A DNA stretch of 63,413 nucleotides, the filler included. It is 7 parts of 7 records of this genome, joined end to end, with 100 filler letters (N's around TTAATTAATTAA, not from the genome) between each part and the next. Parts side by side here need not be neighbours in the genome. Positions count along the whole stretch, not along the records: positions 1 to 20,249 come from SRR20825010_3720; 6 more parts are not named here. One strand, written 5' to 3'. This document shows, piece after piece, positions 1-12,260 of this stretch (position 1 is its first letter; each line of letters begins with the position of its first letter). The notes below the pieces were generated by a model that ran no database searches, was not told the origin of the DNA, and saw only the letters and a list, made by a program, of their open reading frames with translations. A program made the position numbers and the translations under genes.

Positions 1-482
1 AGTGCCACAAAAGTTGAAATTTTCGCCAGAAAAGATGAAGCTCGTCGAATACAGTCTCCGGTAAGATGTATCAATCAGCATAGCCTTCTTTTCGCGTAGT
101 CCCTTTCGACGGATGCATTCGCTGATGCTCCGGGTGCTATTTTCCACGCACAATATGCTCGTATATTGCGAATAGTCGCGTAGCCCATCCGGCTTTAAGT
201 TCTCAGAAAACATTTCCAACGCAATCGTTCGACTTCAAACAAGGGTTCTTGCTTGAATGTTACCTGTCGAGTCCCAACTCAAGGTCTTGCAGGTAAAAGT
301 TTTGAAGCCGAAATAACTAACGTGGTCAAAAAATAATTTGAGACAAATCGAACATTTAATAGGCGAAATTTACGCCAAATAAATTCCCTTACCCTCTTTA
401 GATATTGAGGGAATTTGTTGCTCATTTTTGTCCAAATATGCAAGCGACGATTTGGTCGCGCTCCGGCATGCGTGTTCCTTAT

Positions 483-1328
483 TCATTTCTTGTGGTGCGC
501 AGATGCAGTGCCCGTTCCCAATTCAATGATTTCGGCTGTGATTTCTTCTTGACGGACTTGGCGCAATTTGGCTTGAAACAGATCAAGTTCGCGTTCGATT
601 TGGCTTGCTGCAGCCGACATTGCTTCCAGTCGCGCTTCGTTTTCGGCCGCAAATGCGTGCAGGCAAGATTTGCAAACCAGAGCATGAAAGTAATCAGCGC
701 TCAGGCTATCGAGCAAGGCTGCTTTCGGGAGCTGCATCATCGGTGGCTGGGAGGCATGAGATGCGAACTCGGTCAGATCAATTGGAAACAGACTGTGCCG
801 GACGATTTCGGGTCTTCCTGAATGCCATGTGGAATAGATGACATCAAGGCTGTCAATCTTGCCGACTTCGACGCTGCCATAGATGGCCTTGGTGATATTG
901 TCCGCCATTTTCGGAATGCCCGGTGTGTGGGAGGGCATTGCCGTGCTCCAGAAAGGATAAATCCCGCGTGTCCTTGCGATGGATAAACCGCGCGTTCCAA
1001 TCAAAAACAGGGTTGCTTTTTTAAGGTCTTCAGCAATTTTCTCAAGAACATGTTCACTGAAGGCACCGGCAAACCCCTGCTCGGCGCAGAAAACAAGAAG
1101 CCCCTTACCAGTATTGGCAGGTATCTTTGTTGTCGGTCGGTGTTCCTCCGGGGATAGGGTGCTTCGCATGGCATTTGCGATCGTGGATGCATAACCGTCG
1201 ACGGCTTTGATATGCTTCCTTGCGTCTCTGGAACGTGCTGCTGCGATGCCTTTCATGGCATTGACAACAGCGCCAAGCTGACGAATGCCTTCAATCCGCT
1301 CACTGACATCTGCCAAACGTTCGGTCAT
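483..1328 (-). CDS. atpG: N-ATPase F1 gamma subunit
   Basis: 281 aa; N-terminal [31 protein letters not shown] and C-terminal [12 protein letters not shown] gamma motifs; last gene of the operon. Confidence 0.95.
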   Translation of the reverse strand: MTERLADVSERIEGIRQLGAVVNAMKGIAAARSRDARKHIKAVDGYASTIANAMRSTLSPEEHRPTTKIPANTGKGLLVFCAEQGFAGAFSEHVLEKIAEDLKKATLFLIGTRGLSIARTRGIYPFWSTAMPSHTPGIPKMADNITKAIYGSVEVGKIDSLDVIYSTWHSGRPEIVRHSLFPIDLTEFASHASQPPMMQLPKAALLDSLSADYFHALVCKSCLHAFAAENEARLEAMSAAASQIERELDLFQAKLRQVRQEEITAEIIELGTGTASAHHKK

Positions 1329-2896
1329 GCTTTTTCACCGGTTCTCTCAGGATTGTGGCTCGCAATATCATGTGACGTGTCATTTTTGATGGCGGATAAC
1401 GAAGACGCAAGGCCGGTCATTGCTGCGATCAGCATGGCGCGGGCAGCTTCGTCCAGATTGCCTGTTTCGGAGATGACACGCACGCTTTCTGCTGCGTCAC
1501 TGTCCAATATGGCGGGCAGCCGTTCGCGGAATGCTGTGACGGCCGAAACAGGCAAGGGATCAAGCAACCCGGATTGCACGGCGATTAGCAGGGCAACCTC
1601 GTCGACAAGCCGGAATGGTGAGTGTTGTGACTGTTTCAGAGCTTCGCGTATCCTGGCACCACGCGTTAATTGTTGGCGTACACGCCCTTCGGGCATTCCT
1701 CCAAAACGTGTAAAAACTTCCAGTTCCAGAAATTGCGCATAATCAAGCCGCAATGAGCCGGCTGCTTCCCGTAATATTGGTGCCTGGGTCTTGCCGCCAA
1801 CCCGGCTTACACTGAGCCCGACATCAACAGCAGGTTTCTGGCCCTGATGGAACAGGGCGGAATCAAGCACGATCTGGCCATCGGTAATCGAAATCAGATT
1901 GGTCGGAATAAAGGCCGATAGATTGCCAGCATCTGTTTCCGCGATCGGGAGTGCTGTCAGCGAACCGCCGCCAAGATCCTTTGATAGTTTTGCCGCACGT
2001 TCAAGAAGGCGCGCATGAATATAAAAAACATCCCCAGGATAGGCTTCGCGACCTGGAGACTGGCGGGTCAGAAGGGCTATTTCACGATGTGTTGCTGCAT
2101 GCTTTGATAAATCGTCGATCACAACAAGGGCATGTTTTCCCTGATCGCGAAAGTATTCCGCCATGGTCATGCCAGCATAGGGGGCAATCCACTGCAATCC
2201 GGGGGCGCTCGCCGATCCGGCAACGAGAACGATACAGCGTTCAAATGCGCCTTCGGATTGCAGCGCATCAATGGCGCGGCGCACGCTGGATGTTTTCTGC
2301 CCTACGGCGACATATATGCAAATCATATCGCTTGCGTGTTGGGCAATCATGGCATCGATTGCCAATGTTGTTTTGCCGGTCGAATGATCGCCAACGATCA
2401 ATTCGCGCTGCCCCCGGCCAAGCGCAAATAATGTATCTACCACCAGCATCCCGGTCTGTACCGGTTCGGTAACAAGATCACGTTCTATGATTGATGGAGC
2501 AGGGCGTTCGATAGGCATCCTTTCGGTGGTGGAGAGCTCATCCTTTTCATCAAGCGGGCGGCCAAGAGGATCGACAATGCGACCAAGCAAGGCATCGCCG
2601 ACAGGAACCTGGATGATTTCACCTGTACCAAATACCGCGTCTCCCGCTTCGATTTCGGTTGCGGCATCAAGCAAGACGCAACCGATAAGATCCGGATCAA
2701 GAACCCGGGCAAAGCCAATCTGCCCGCCCTGGAAACGCAGCACCTCGTCAAGGCGAACATCGCGCAGGCCGGAGATCATCGCGACACCATCGCTAATTTC
2801 TTCGACTCTTCCTTTGTGTTCCGTTCGGGGCCCCAAGGGGACATTTTCAATCGCATGCCGCGCCGCAATGCGCCAATCGGGATCATCAGGCAGCAT
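1325..2896 (-). CDS. atpA: N-ATPase F1 alpha subunit
   Basis: [18 protein letters not shown]-loop, [33 protein letters not shown]. Confidence 0.97.
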   Translation of the reverse strand: MLPDDPDWRIAARHAIENVPLGPRTEHKGRVEEISDGVAMISGLRDVRLDEVLRFQGGQIGFARVLDPDLIGCVLLDAATEIEAGDAVFGTGEIIQVPVGDALLGRIVDPLGRPLDEKDELSTTERMPIERPAPSIIERDLVTEPVQTGMLVVDTLFALGRGQRELIVGDHSTGKTTLAIDAMIAQHASDMICIYVAVGQKTSSVRRAIDALQSEGAFERCIVLVAGSASAPGLQWIAPYAGMTMAEYFRDQGKHALVVIDDLSKHAATHREIALLTRQSPGREAYPGDVFYIHARLLERAAKLSKDLGGGSLTALPIAETDAGNLSAFIPTNLISITDGQIVLDSALFHQGQKPAVDVGLSVSRVGGKTQAPILREAAGSLRLDYAQFLELEVFTRFGGMPEGRVRQQLTRGARIREALKQSQHSPFRLVDEVALLIAVQSGLLDPLPVSAVTAFRERLPAILDSDAAESVRVISETGNLDEAARAMLIAAMTGLASSLSAIKNDTSHDIASHNPERTGEKA

Positions 2897-3623
2897 TTTT
2901 TAGCTCCTTCAGAATCCCGGCAAGATCGGATTGCCAGCTGTTATGCAAAATGAAATGCGCGGTTCGGATTTCCAGTCCGGCAATCAGTTCTGGATCCGTC
3001 ATGAATGTAATATCAGGCGTACCGCCAAGGGCCTTGTGGATGGCGTTGCTGAATTTGGTCCGATCGGCATCCTCAAGCGCATATGCGCTGACCAGATCAA
3101 GGCCGTCTGCGTTCTGCGCCAATGCTGTGCGCTCCGCCTCTGGCAAGTTTGCGATACTATCGAGAAGCAATTGGAAAAATGCTTCCTGAACGATTGCCGT
3201 ATTAAGAGTTTCCAGCAGTTTTGATGCAATTTCTGTGGCAAGTTCAGCCGCCTGTGTGACCGTTTTCTTCTGTGCGGCATCTGTCGCGCGGGCGATTGAA
3301 ATTTGTGCTGTTGCGACGATTTTTTCCGTTTTTTCGTGCGCTTCGAGAAGTGCGGCCTTGGTTGCATTATCTGCATCTTGTCTTGCGGCAAGCAAGATGG
3401 CTTCGCGTTCCGCAGCGATGCTTTTGCGTTCTTCTGTCAATTCGGCACGTATTGCATCCGCTTTGGACTGAGCTGCCTTTGCGGCATCAAGCATTGCCTG
3501 TGATGCTTCTTTGCGCTTTGCGATTGCATTGGCAACCGGCCGCCAGAATACACGAGACAATAACCACATCAGGATCAGGACATTGACCGCCTGCAAGCCA
3601 AGGGTCCACCAGTCAATTGTCAT
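2886..3623 (-). CDS. atpF: N-ATPase Fo b subunit with C-terminal delta-like extension
   Basis: [23 protein letters not shown]-terminal TM, Ala/Glu/Lys coiled coil, C-terminal [10 protein letters not shown]; no separate atpH in the operon. Confidence 0.93.
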   Translation of the reverse strand: MTIDWWTLGLQAVNVLILMWLLSRVFWRPVANAIAKRKEASQAMLDAAKAAQSKADAIRAELTEERKSIAAEREAILLAARQDADNATKAALLEAHEKTEKIVATAQISIARATDAAQKKTVTQAAELATEIASKLLETLNTAIVQEAFFQLLLDSIANLPEAERTALAQNADGLDLVSAYALEDADRTKFSNAIHKALGGTPDITFMTDPELIAGLEIRTAHFILHNSWQSDLAGILKELKNAA

Positions 3624-3627
3624 TGGA

Positions 3628-3873
3628 TCATCCCAGCAACGGATTGGCGAACAGCAACAAAAGCGCGATCACCAGGCAATAGATTGCGGTTGTTTCTATC
3701 ATTGCAAGGCCAACGAAAAGGGTTCGTGAAATGGTGTTTGCGGCTTCTGGCTGACGGGCAATCGCATCCATTGCGGCGGCAACTGCGCGACCTTCGGCCA
3801 GTGCCGGGCCGATTGCCCCGAATGAAACGGCAAATGCCGCACTTACGATACTGGCGAGGTTAAGGTAATCCAT
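3628..3873 (-). CDS. atpE: N-ATPase Fo c subunit
   Basis: Two hydrophobic helices, RQPEA loop, IETTAIY ion-binding motif, extra Glu in PALAEG. Confidence 0.96.
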   Translation of the reverse strand: MDYLNLASIVSAAFAVSFGAIGPALAEGRAVAAAMDAIARQPEAANTISRTLFVGLAMIETTAIYCLVIALLLLFANPLLG

Positions 3874-4586
3874 CACATGTCCTTTTGTTCGGGAGGAAGA
3901 GGGATCGTCTTTTCTGTGGGGTGACGTGTGCCGTCTCGGACGGCCGACGTGATGAAGACCATCGCCAGCACAGCAAAAATATAGGCCTGCACCAGTCCGG
4001 TTAGCAGATCGAGTGCGATGAGTGGGATCGGAACGATGAAACCTGCCAGGGTTGCAACAATCCCGATGACGAATACTCCGCTCATCACATTGCCAAACAG
4101 ACGTACGAACATGGAAAAAGCCCGCGTTACACTTTGGACCATGTTCAGCGGGATCATTACCGGATTTGGTGCTGCGAAAGATCGCAGATACCCGCCAACC
4201 CCGGCACCTTTGATGCCAAACCAGATAACAGACAGGAAAACCAGCATCGCCAATGCCGCGTCTGTCTCAAGTCGTGCTGTCGGTGGTTCAATTCCCGGCA
4301 CAAGTGATGACCAGTTTGCGATCAGGATGAACAGGAACAGCGATCCGATAAAACTGCGATAGGGAGCCGGCTCTGCACCGCTTGTTTCGCGAATTTGGTT
4401 ATCTATGGTGTCTACCAGAAGTTCCAGTGCTGCCTGGCGTTTGGTTGCAATCAACGCAAGTCGCCGTGTCAGAAGCATGGAGCCAACCACCAGGATGATC
4501 ATGATCACCCATGTGGTGACCACGGCCGCCGTAACGGGTATTGGGCCGACATAAAAAAGAGGAAGCGTTTCAAGAGGCGACTTCAC
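3873..4586 (-). CDS. atpB: N-ATPase Fo a subunit
   Basis: Hydrophobic; PPTA, RLFGNVMSG with the conserved Arg, GLVQAYIF; start reassigned to GTG 4586, overlapping the atpR stop. Confidence 0.93.
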   Translation of the reverse strand: MKSPLETLPLFYVGPIPVTAAVVTTWVIMIILVVGSMLLTRRLALIATKRQAALELLVDTIDNQIRETSGAEPAPYRSFIGSLFLFILIANWSSLVPGIEPPTARLETDAALAMLVFLSVIWFGIKGAGVGGYLRSFAAPNPVMIPLNMVQSVTRAFSMFVRLFGNVMSGVFVIGIVATLAGFIVPIPLIALDLLTGLVQAYIFAVLAMVFITSAVRDGTRHPTEKTIPLPPEQKDM

Positions 4587-4873
4587 GGCCGGGCTCCCCA
4601 TTTTATTCGGATGATCATTTCGCGCCCGCCGATAACGCCTGCCAAGGTTGCCAGAATTCCGAACCCGCCAGCCTGGAGAGCAAGCGCAAATCCACAAACC
4701 AGAAAAGCCAGCCTGCCAATTGCCAAAGCAATGACAAGCATCGGTCTTTGGCCCGATACAATCATGTCAGCCGTTATGCGGATGGTGTGGAAATAAACAA
4801 TACCCATGGCAAACCCACCTGAGAAACAGATAGGCAACAACAGAAGCATTGGCGACACATCGGAATTAATCAT
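4583..4873 (-). CDS. atpR: N-ATPase-specific membrane subunit AtpR
   Basis: About 96 aa, three hydrophobic segments with Arg residues (IGRLAF, GGREMII); lies between atpQ and atpB as in N-ATPase operons. Confidence 0.8.
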   Translation of the reverse strand: MINSDVSPMLLLLPICFSGGFAMGIVYFHTIRITADMIVSGQRPMLVIALAIGRLAFLVCGFALALQAGGFGILATLAGVIGGREMIIRIKWGARP

Positions 4874-5168
4874 TGTGTGTTCATCCATTTCCATGCAGTC
4901 CAGCCCCCAATTGCCAAGCCGACGATCAGCAATGGTCCTGTCCAGAAAATGCCCGTACCAAACTGTTTGTCGATCCAGTGTCCCAAAAAAAGTCCACCCA
5001 ATGTCGGTACAATAATGATCCAGCCCAGCATCCCGATTTGGGCCAATCGTCGACCGACTGACATATCGCCTTCGCGTAACCAGCGATTATGCCGTTCGCG
5101 TCGCCGCCTTACTTCCCGAACAAGCGGGTCTTCTTCCGGAGGCTGCGGAAATCTATCGGGGGCTTTGC

Positions 5169-5172
<4 letters not shown>
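4870..5172 (-). CDS. atpQ: AtpQ (AtpZ/gene1-like) membrane protein
   Basis: LAQIGMLGWIIIVPTLGGLFLGHWID two-TM pattern; operon position. Confidence 0.85.
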
Positions 5173-7072
<1,900 letters not shown>

Positions 7073-7083
7073 CTATTTCCCAA

Positions 7084-7128
7084 TTGATAGTATTCAATCA
7101 AGCACTGCGAGACACTGATTCAAATCAA
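7084..7128 (-). promoter_or_regulatory. FNR/FixK/DNR-type class II promoter for the N-ATPase operon
   Basis: Minus-strand TTGAT-TTGA-ATCAG at 7128-7115 (9/10 to TTGAT-N4-ATCAA) is centred 41.5 bp from the start site implied by -10 TACTAT (7092-7087); a second box TTGAT-AGTA-TTCAA lies at 7084-7097. Confidence 0.65.
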
Positions 7129-7395
7129 TATGGTGTTGGCTTCCGGCGTCAACCTGCCTAACGGTTAGATAGTGGGTGCTATTATATTCCCGCAATCAAT
7201 TTAATGACGGAGTTGCAATTAATTGAAGAGAGCAGTTCGGGAAATGTGAGCCCTTCTAGCATATAACCTCAGAAATTTATTTCTCATTACTTGAGTTGTA
7301 GCTTGCAAGCTCGCTAAGCCCGCTTGTCATGATTCGGGATTATGGCCTCTGGCGTGAACGCCAATCAAAGCCGTTCAGAAGGCATCACCGCGCGC

Positions 7396-7424
7396 TTTTA
7401 TCGGGGTTTTACGCATTTTTTATG
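7396..7424 (+). promoter_or_regulatory. Putative KdpE binding site
   Basis: TTTTA at 7396, 7407 and 7418 (exact 11-bp period), upstream of kdp; resembles the T-rich direct-repeat KdpE site of E. coli. Confidence 0.6.
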
Positions 7425-7519
7425 CCTGACATCGGTTCAGAACACATTTCTGCCATCGCATTTTTACGGCCCTCCCTCCTAGCCTGTAGCGGTTGATCCG
7501 AACACTACAGGAGTATCCC

Positions 7520-7603
7520 ATGTTCGATCTGATCTATGTCGTTTTGGCATTGGGTGCCTTTGCCATGTGCGGGCTTGCGGTACGCGGCTGCGCACGGATC
7601 TAG
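7520..7603 (+). CDS. 27-aa single-TM peptide upstream of kdpF (MFDLIYVVLALGAFAMCGLAVRGCARI)
   Basis: AGGAG RBS; hydrophobic core with a basic C-terminus; its stop overlaps the AGGAGG RBS of kdpF; below the ORF-track size cutoff. Confidence 0.7.
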   Translation: MFDLIYVVLALGAFAMCGLAVRGCARI

Positions 7604-7611
7604 GAGGTTCC

Positions 7612-7698
7612 ATGATCAGTTATATTCTTGGCGGCGCGGTATCGACCGCGCTTGTTATCTACCTGTTTTACGCCCTGATCCGGGCCGAAAAATTCTAG
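7612..7698 (+). CDS. kdpF: K+-transporting ATPase subunit F
   Basis: [28 protein letters not shown], with the KdpF C-terminal YLxYALxxxEKF signature; AGGAGG RBS; directly before kdpA. Confidence 0.9.
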   Translation: MISYILGGAVSTALVIYLFYALIRAEKF

Positions 7699-7711
7699 GA
7701 CGGAGTTCCCG

Positions 7712-9421
7712 ATGACAACCGATCTCGGCCAGTTCGCGCTTTATTGCGCGATCCTGCTGGCGTGCGCCCCGTTGCTGGGCGGGTATATGTACCGGGTTTA
7801 CAGTGGACAGGCGGTTTTGCTGTCCCCCGTTTTCAAGCCGGTTGAGAAAGTCATTTATCGCATCTGCGGTGTCGATGCGCAGGCATCGCAACATTGGTCG
7901 CGCTATGCCGTGACGCTTCTGGCCTTTAACGCGGCCGGATGGGTTTTGCTGTTTGCCATTCTGCGTTTGCAGCATCTTTTGCCGTGGAATCCGGCCGGGC
8001 TGGCGCCAATGTCGTCCGATTTGGCGTTCAATACGGCGGTCAGTTTCGTCACCAATACCAATTGGCAGGCCTATGGCGGTGAAACTTCACTGTCCTATTT
8101 CAGCCAGATGGTCGGCCTGACCATGCAGAACTTTGTCAGTGCGTCGACGGGCATGGCGGTTGGTGTTGCCGTGATCCGCGGGTTTGCCGGTCGCAAGATC
8201 CGTGATCTTGGCAATTTCCATGTCGATATGACGCGCGGGGTTCTTTACGTTCTGCTACCGCTTTCGATTGTTGCGGCGATTTTCCTGATGTCGCAGGGCG
8301 TTCCGCAGAACCTGAATTCTTATGTCGATGCAACCACGCTTGAAGGCACAAAGCAGGTTCTGGCACAGGGACCGGCGGCATCGCAGATCGCGATCAAACA
8401 GCTTGGTACCAATGGCGGCGGTTTCTTTAACGTCAATTCGTCGCATCCGTACGAAAACCCGACACCGCTCAGCAATCTGCTTCAGATGGTTTATCTATTG
8501 CTGATCCCGGCGGCTTTTTGCTTCCTGTTTGGCAAAATGGTTAATGACAGGCGTCAGGGCATTGCGATTTTTGCCGTGATGGCCGTGCTGTTTGTCGGTG
8601 GATTTGCCGCGACCTATAGTGCGGAAAAGGCAGGCAATGCGTTGCTGGCCAATAGCAGCACGATTGTCGCCGATCCGGGCAATATGGAAGGCAAGGAAAC
8701 CCGTTTTGGTATCCTGAATTCCACCCTGTGGGCGACGGCGACAACTGCCGCGTCGAACGGGTCGGTCAATGCCATGCATGACAGCCTGACACCGCTTGGC
8801 GGTATGGTAACGATGTTGAACATGCAGCTTGGCGAAATCGTCTATGGCGGTGTTGGTGCCGGTTTCTACGGCATGCTGCTGTTTGTTGTTCTGACGGTCT
8901 TCATTGCCGGACTTATGGTCGGGCGGACGCCGGAATATCTGGGCAAGAAGATCGAAGCCCGCGAGATCAAGCTGGCCGTTCTGGCCATTCTGACCATGCC
9001 GATCGGCATTCTGGTATTCGGGGCCCTGTCGGCCACCGTTCCGGTCGCTATGACGGCAGTACAGGATGCCGGTCCGCACGGGCTTTCGGAAATCCTTTAT
9101 GCCTATAGCTCGGCGACGGGCAATAACGGCTCTGCCTTTGCCGGGTTCGGAGCAGGAATGCCGTTCCATACTACCTTGCAGGGCATTGCAATGTTGCTGG
9201 GGCGTTATGGCTTCATCATTCCGATCCTGGCGATTGCCGGGTCGCTCGGGACAAAGAATGTCGTTCCGGTTTCGGGCGGCACATTCCCGACCCACGGTCC
9301 GCTTTTCGTTACCCTTCTGATTGCCGTCATTCTGATTGTCGGCGGTCTCACTTTCTTCCCGGCACTGGCACTTGGTCCGATTGCGGAGCATTTCGCAATG
9401 TTGGCCGGAATTGCCTACTGA
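7712..9421 (+). CDS. kdpA: K+-transporting ATPase subunit A
   Basis: Selectivity-filter motifs TNTNWQ, TNGGG, SNGS and [17 protein letters not shown]. Confidence 0.97.
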   Translation: MTTDLGQFALYCAILLACAPLLGGYMYRVYSGQAVLLSPVFKPVEKVIYRICGVDAQASQHWSRYAVTLLAFNAAGWVLLFAILRLQHLLPWNPAGLAPMSSDLAFNTAVSFVTNTNWQAYGGETSLSYFSQMVGLTMQNFVSASTGMAVGVAVIRGFAGRKIRDLGNFHVDMTRGVLYVLLPLSIVAAIFLMSQGVPQNLNSYVDATTLEGTKQVLAQGPAASQIAIKQLGTNGGGFFNVNSSHPYENPTPLSNLLQMVYLLLIPAAFCFLFGKMVNDRRQGIAIFAVMAVLFVGGFAATYSAEKAGNALLANSSTIVADPGNMEGKETRFGILNSTLWATATTAASNGSVNAMHDSLTPLGGMVTMLNMQLGEIVYGGVGAGFYGMLLFVVLTVFIAGLMVGRTPEYLGKKIEAREIKLAVLAILTMPIGILVFGALSATVPVAMTAVQDAGPHGLSEILYAYSSATGNNGSAFAGFGAGMPFHTTLQGIAMLLGRYGFIIPILAIAGSLGTKNVVPVSGGTFPTHGPLFVTLLIAVILIVGGLTFFPALALGPIAEHFAMLAGIAY

Positions 9422-9438
9422 CCGGGGGAGTACAGAAA

Positions 9439-11472
9439 ATGAAGAAAACAGAAAATTCCCGTCTGCTGGACGGGGCGCTTGTCCGGACTGCCAGTATTGA
9501 GGCGTTTCGCAAGCTTGATCCGAGGATCATGATCCGCAATCCGGTGATGTTCATGGTCGAAGCCGGTGCGGTGATGGCTACTGTCATCAGTATTCATACT
9601 GGTATGACGGGCGGTCCGGACCTATCTGCCCTGATCCAGATTACCGTCTGGCTTTGGTTTACAGTCCTGTTTGCCAATTTTGCCGAGGCGGTCGCCGAAG
9701 GGCGTGGTAAGGCACGTGCCGATAGTTTGCGATCAACCAACAAGGAAACCCAGGCAAAAAAGCTGCGGAACGGGGAAAAGACCGCCGTTGAAATGGTCGC
9801 AAGCAGCCGTCTTTCGCCCGGTGACTTTGTGCTGGTCGAGGCGGGCGATGTCATCCCGGTCGATGGCGAGATCGTTGAAGGCATTGCCTCGGTCGATGAA
9901 TCTGCGATTACCGGTGAATCTGCCCCGGTCATCCGCGAAAGTGGCGGGGACCGGTCGGCGGTAACCGGCGGAACGCGGATTGTGTCGGACTGGCTTAAAG
10001 TTTGTATCACCGCCAAACCGGGCGAAAGCTTCCTTGATCGGATGATCGCCATGGTCGAAGGCGCGCAGCGTCAGAAAACACCAAACGAGATCGCGCTTAA
10101 TATCCTGCTGGTCGGCATGTCGATCATCTTCCTGATCGTCGTCGTCACGCTTGAACCGTTCGCACTGTTTTCAGGGACGTCGATCCCGATGGCGTTTCTG
10201 ATTGCGTTGCTGGTGACCCTGATCCCGACAACAATCGGCGGGTTGCTGTCTGCCATCGGGATTGCCGGTATGGACCGTCTGGTCAAGGCCAATGTCATTG
10301 CCAAGTCCGGGCGTGCGGTTGAAGCATCGGGGGATGTCGATACGCTGCTGCTTGATAAAACCGGGACCATTACCTTTGGCAACCGGATGGCAGACGAATT
10401 TGTGCCGCTCAAAGGTGTCACAGATCGCGAATTGGCGGAAGCTGCGGCAATCGCATCGCTTGCCGACGATACGCCAGAGGGCAAATCGATTGTCGAACTG
10501 GCAGGCAAGCTGTTTGATTTCCGGGGTGATAAATCGAAATTGTCCAAGGCGATTGCCTTTAGTGCCGAAACACGGATGTCCGGGGCCGATATCGGCCCGG
10601 ATGAATATCGTAAGGGTGCCGGGGATGCGATGCGGGCTTATGCCGAAGCAGGTCCGCAGGTTGCCGAACTTGGCAGGATCGTTGATGGTATTGCCAAATC
10701 AGGTGGTACGCCGCTTGTGGTCGCGAAAAACCACAAGATCATGGGTGTCATTCATCTGAAAGACATCATCAAGCCGGGCATTCGTGAACGGTTTGCTGAA
10801 CTGCGTGCCATGGGCATCCGGACCGTCATGATTACGGGGGACAACCCGTTAACCGCTGCGGCAATCGCTGCCGAGGCCGGGGTGGATGATTTTCTGGCCG
10901 AGGCAACGCCGGAGAAAAAGCTGGAACTGATCCGTCAGGAACAGGAAGGCGGGCGTCTGGTGGCGATGTGCGGTGACGGATCGAACGATGCGCCGGCCTT
11001 GGCGCAGGCAGATGTCGGGGTTGCGATGAATGATGGCACCCAGGCCGCACGCGAGGCGGGCAACCTTGTCGACCTTGATAGCGATCCGACCAAGCTGATC
11101 GAGATCGTCCAGGTCGGCAAACAGTTGCTGATCAGCAGGGGCGCGTTGACAACATTTTCGATTGCCAACGATGTTGCCAAGTATTTCGCGATCCTGCCCG
11201 CGCTTTTCATTGCGGCCTATCCGCAGCTTGGTGCGCTGAACATCATGGGGCTTGCCAGCCCGCAAAGCGCGATCCTCTCGGCGGTGATCTTTAATGCCCT
11301 GATCATTATCGCCCTGATCCCGCTGGCTCTGCGCGGGGTACGGTTTACGCCGGGCAGTGCGGCGGCGCTGCTGCGTCGAAATCTTCTGATCTATGGCCTT
11401 GGTGGCCTGATCGTTCCCTTTGTCGGCATCAAGGTCATTGACCTTCTGATCAATGCCGTCGGTCTGGTTTAA
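9439..11472 (+). CDS. kdpB: K+-transporting P-type ATPase subunit B
   Basis: TGES, IPTTIGG, DKTGT phosphorylation motif, [15 protein letters not shown]. Confidence 0.98.
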   Translation: MKKTENSRLLDGALVRTASIEAFRKLDPRIMIRNPVMFMVEAGAVMATVISIHTGMTGGPDLSALIQITVWLWFTVLFANFAEAVAEGRGKARADSLRSTNKETQAKKLRNGEKTAVEMVASSRLSPGDFVLVEAGDVIPVDGEIVEGIASVDESAITGESAPVIRESGGDRSAVTGGTRIVSDWLKVCITAKPGESFLDRMIAMVEGAQRQKTPNEIALNILLVGMSIIFLIVVVTLEPFALFSGTSIPMAFLIALLVTLIPTTIGGLLSAIGIAGMDRLVKANVIAKSGRAVEASGDVDTLLLDKTGTITFGNRMADEFVPLKGVTDRELAEAAAIASLADDTPEGKSIVELAGKLFDFRGDKSKLSKAIAFSAETRMSGADIGPDEYRKGAGDAMRAYAEAGPQVAELGRIVDGIAKSGGTPLVVAKNHKIMGVIHLKDIIKPGIRERFAELRAMGIRTVMITGDNPLTAAAIAAEAGVDDFLAEATPEKKLELIRQEQEGGRLVAMCGDGSNDAPALAQADVGVAMNDGTQAAREAGNLVDLDSDPTKLIEIVQVGKQLLISRGALTTFSIANDVAKYFAILPALFIAAYPQLGALNIMGLASPQSAILSAVIFNALIIIALIPLALRGVRFTPGSAAALLRRNLLIYGLGGLIVPFVGIKVIDLLINAVGLV

Positions 11473-11485
11473 CGGAGAATTTGTC

Positions 11486-12052
11486 ATGTTGAACTTGTTA
11501 CGTCCGGCCATTGGCATGGCTGCTGTGATGACGGTGATAACCGGTGTTGCCTATCCGCTGGCAATGACCGGGATCGGGCAGGGACTGTTCGCGGAAGAAG
11601 TTAATGGCAGCCTGATTGAAAAGAACGGTGTCGTGATCGGATCGCGCCTGATCGGCCAGAAGTTTGAAGGTGATCGCTATTTCCATCCGCGCCCTTCCTA
11701 TGCCGGCGATGGCTATGAGGGGGATAATTCCGGTGGTTCCAACCTTGGGGCGACGAACCGGGAACTGGTCAACGGGATCAAGGCCCGTGCCCTTGATCTT
11801 TCGGCGGAAAACGGCAATCGCCCGGTGCCAATAGATTTGCTGACGGCATCGGGCAGCGGACTTGACCCCGATATCTCGCCCGAAAGTGCCCGCTTCCAGA
11901 TGGAAAGGGTGGCTAAAGCCAGAAACATCCCGCTCAATGATCTGGAGGAACTGGTTGCAGCCCATATTGAAGACAGGACCTTTGGGTTGATCGGGGAGCC
12001 GCGGGTCAATGTTCTGATGTTGAATCTGGCTCTGGACGAAATGTCGTCCTGA
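11486..12052 (+). CDS. kdpC: K+-transporting ATPase subunit C
   Basis: GSRLIGQ, YFHPRPS, SGGSNL, TASGSGLDPDIS, GEPRVNVL; start reassigned to ATG 11486 (GGAG RBS). Confidence 0.96.
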   Translation: MLNLLRPAIGMAAVMTVITGVAYPLAMTGIGQGLFAEEVNGSLIEKNGVVIGSRLIGQKFEGDRYFHPRPSYAGDGYEGDNSGGSNLGATNRELVNGIKARALDLSAENGNRPVPIDLLTASGSGLDPDISPESARFQMERVAKARNIPLNDLEELVAAHIEDRTFGLIGEPRVNVLMLNLALDEMSS

Positions 12053-12077
12053 TCCGATGGATTATTCCAAAAATACA

Positions 12078-12111
12078 GGGTATCGGGCTGTCTTTCGGCA
12101 GTCCGGTGCCC
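12078..12111 (+). other. Strong intergenic stem-loop between kdpC and kdpD
   Basis: GGGTATCGGGCTGTC-TTTC-GGCAGTCCGGTGCCC, 15 bp with G-U pairs; no U-tract. Confidence 0.55.
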
Positions 12112-12260
12112 GGCAAAGACAGGTTCAGCGCGAGGCAGAGGAAATGCGCGCTGTCTGGCTCCGGAGCAAGGTGCTGTTAGTCTACCAGCGATTTATCCGG
12201 GCGATCCGCCGATGGTTCTGATATGACAGGATTAATACGAAAGGCTTTGATCGACGCAAC

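Noticed and set aside
1-213. Minus-strand frame open to the window edge (MFSENLKPDG...)
   Set aside because: No recognisable motif and a weak RBS; cannot be supported or named
8495-9391. Long antisense/alternate-frame ORFs (e.g. 8495-9391, 18500-19390, 42667-43668, 53717-54961)
   Set aside because: Shadows of well-supported genes in GC-rich sequence, with no motifs of their own
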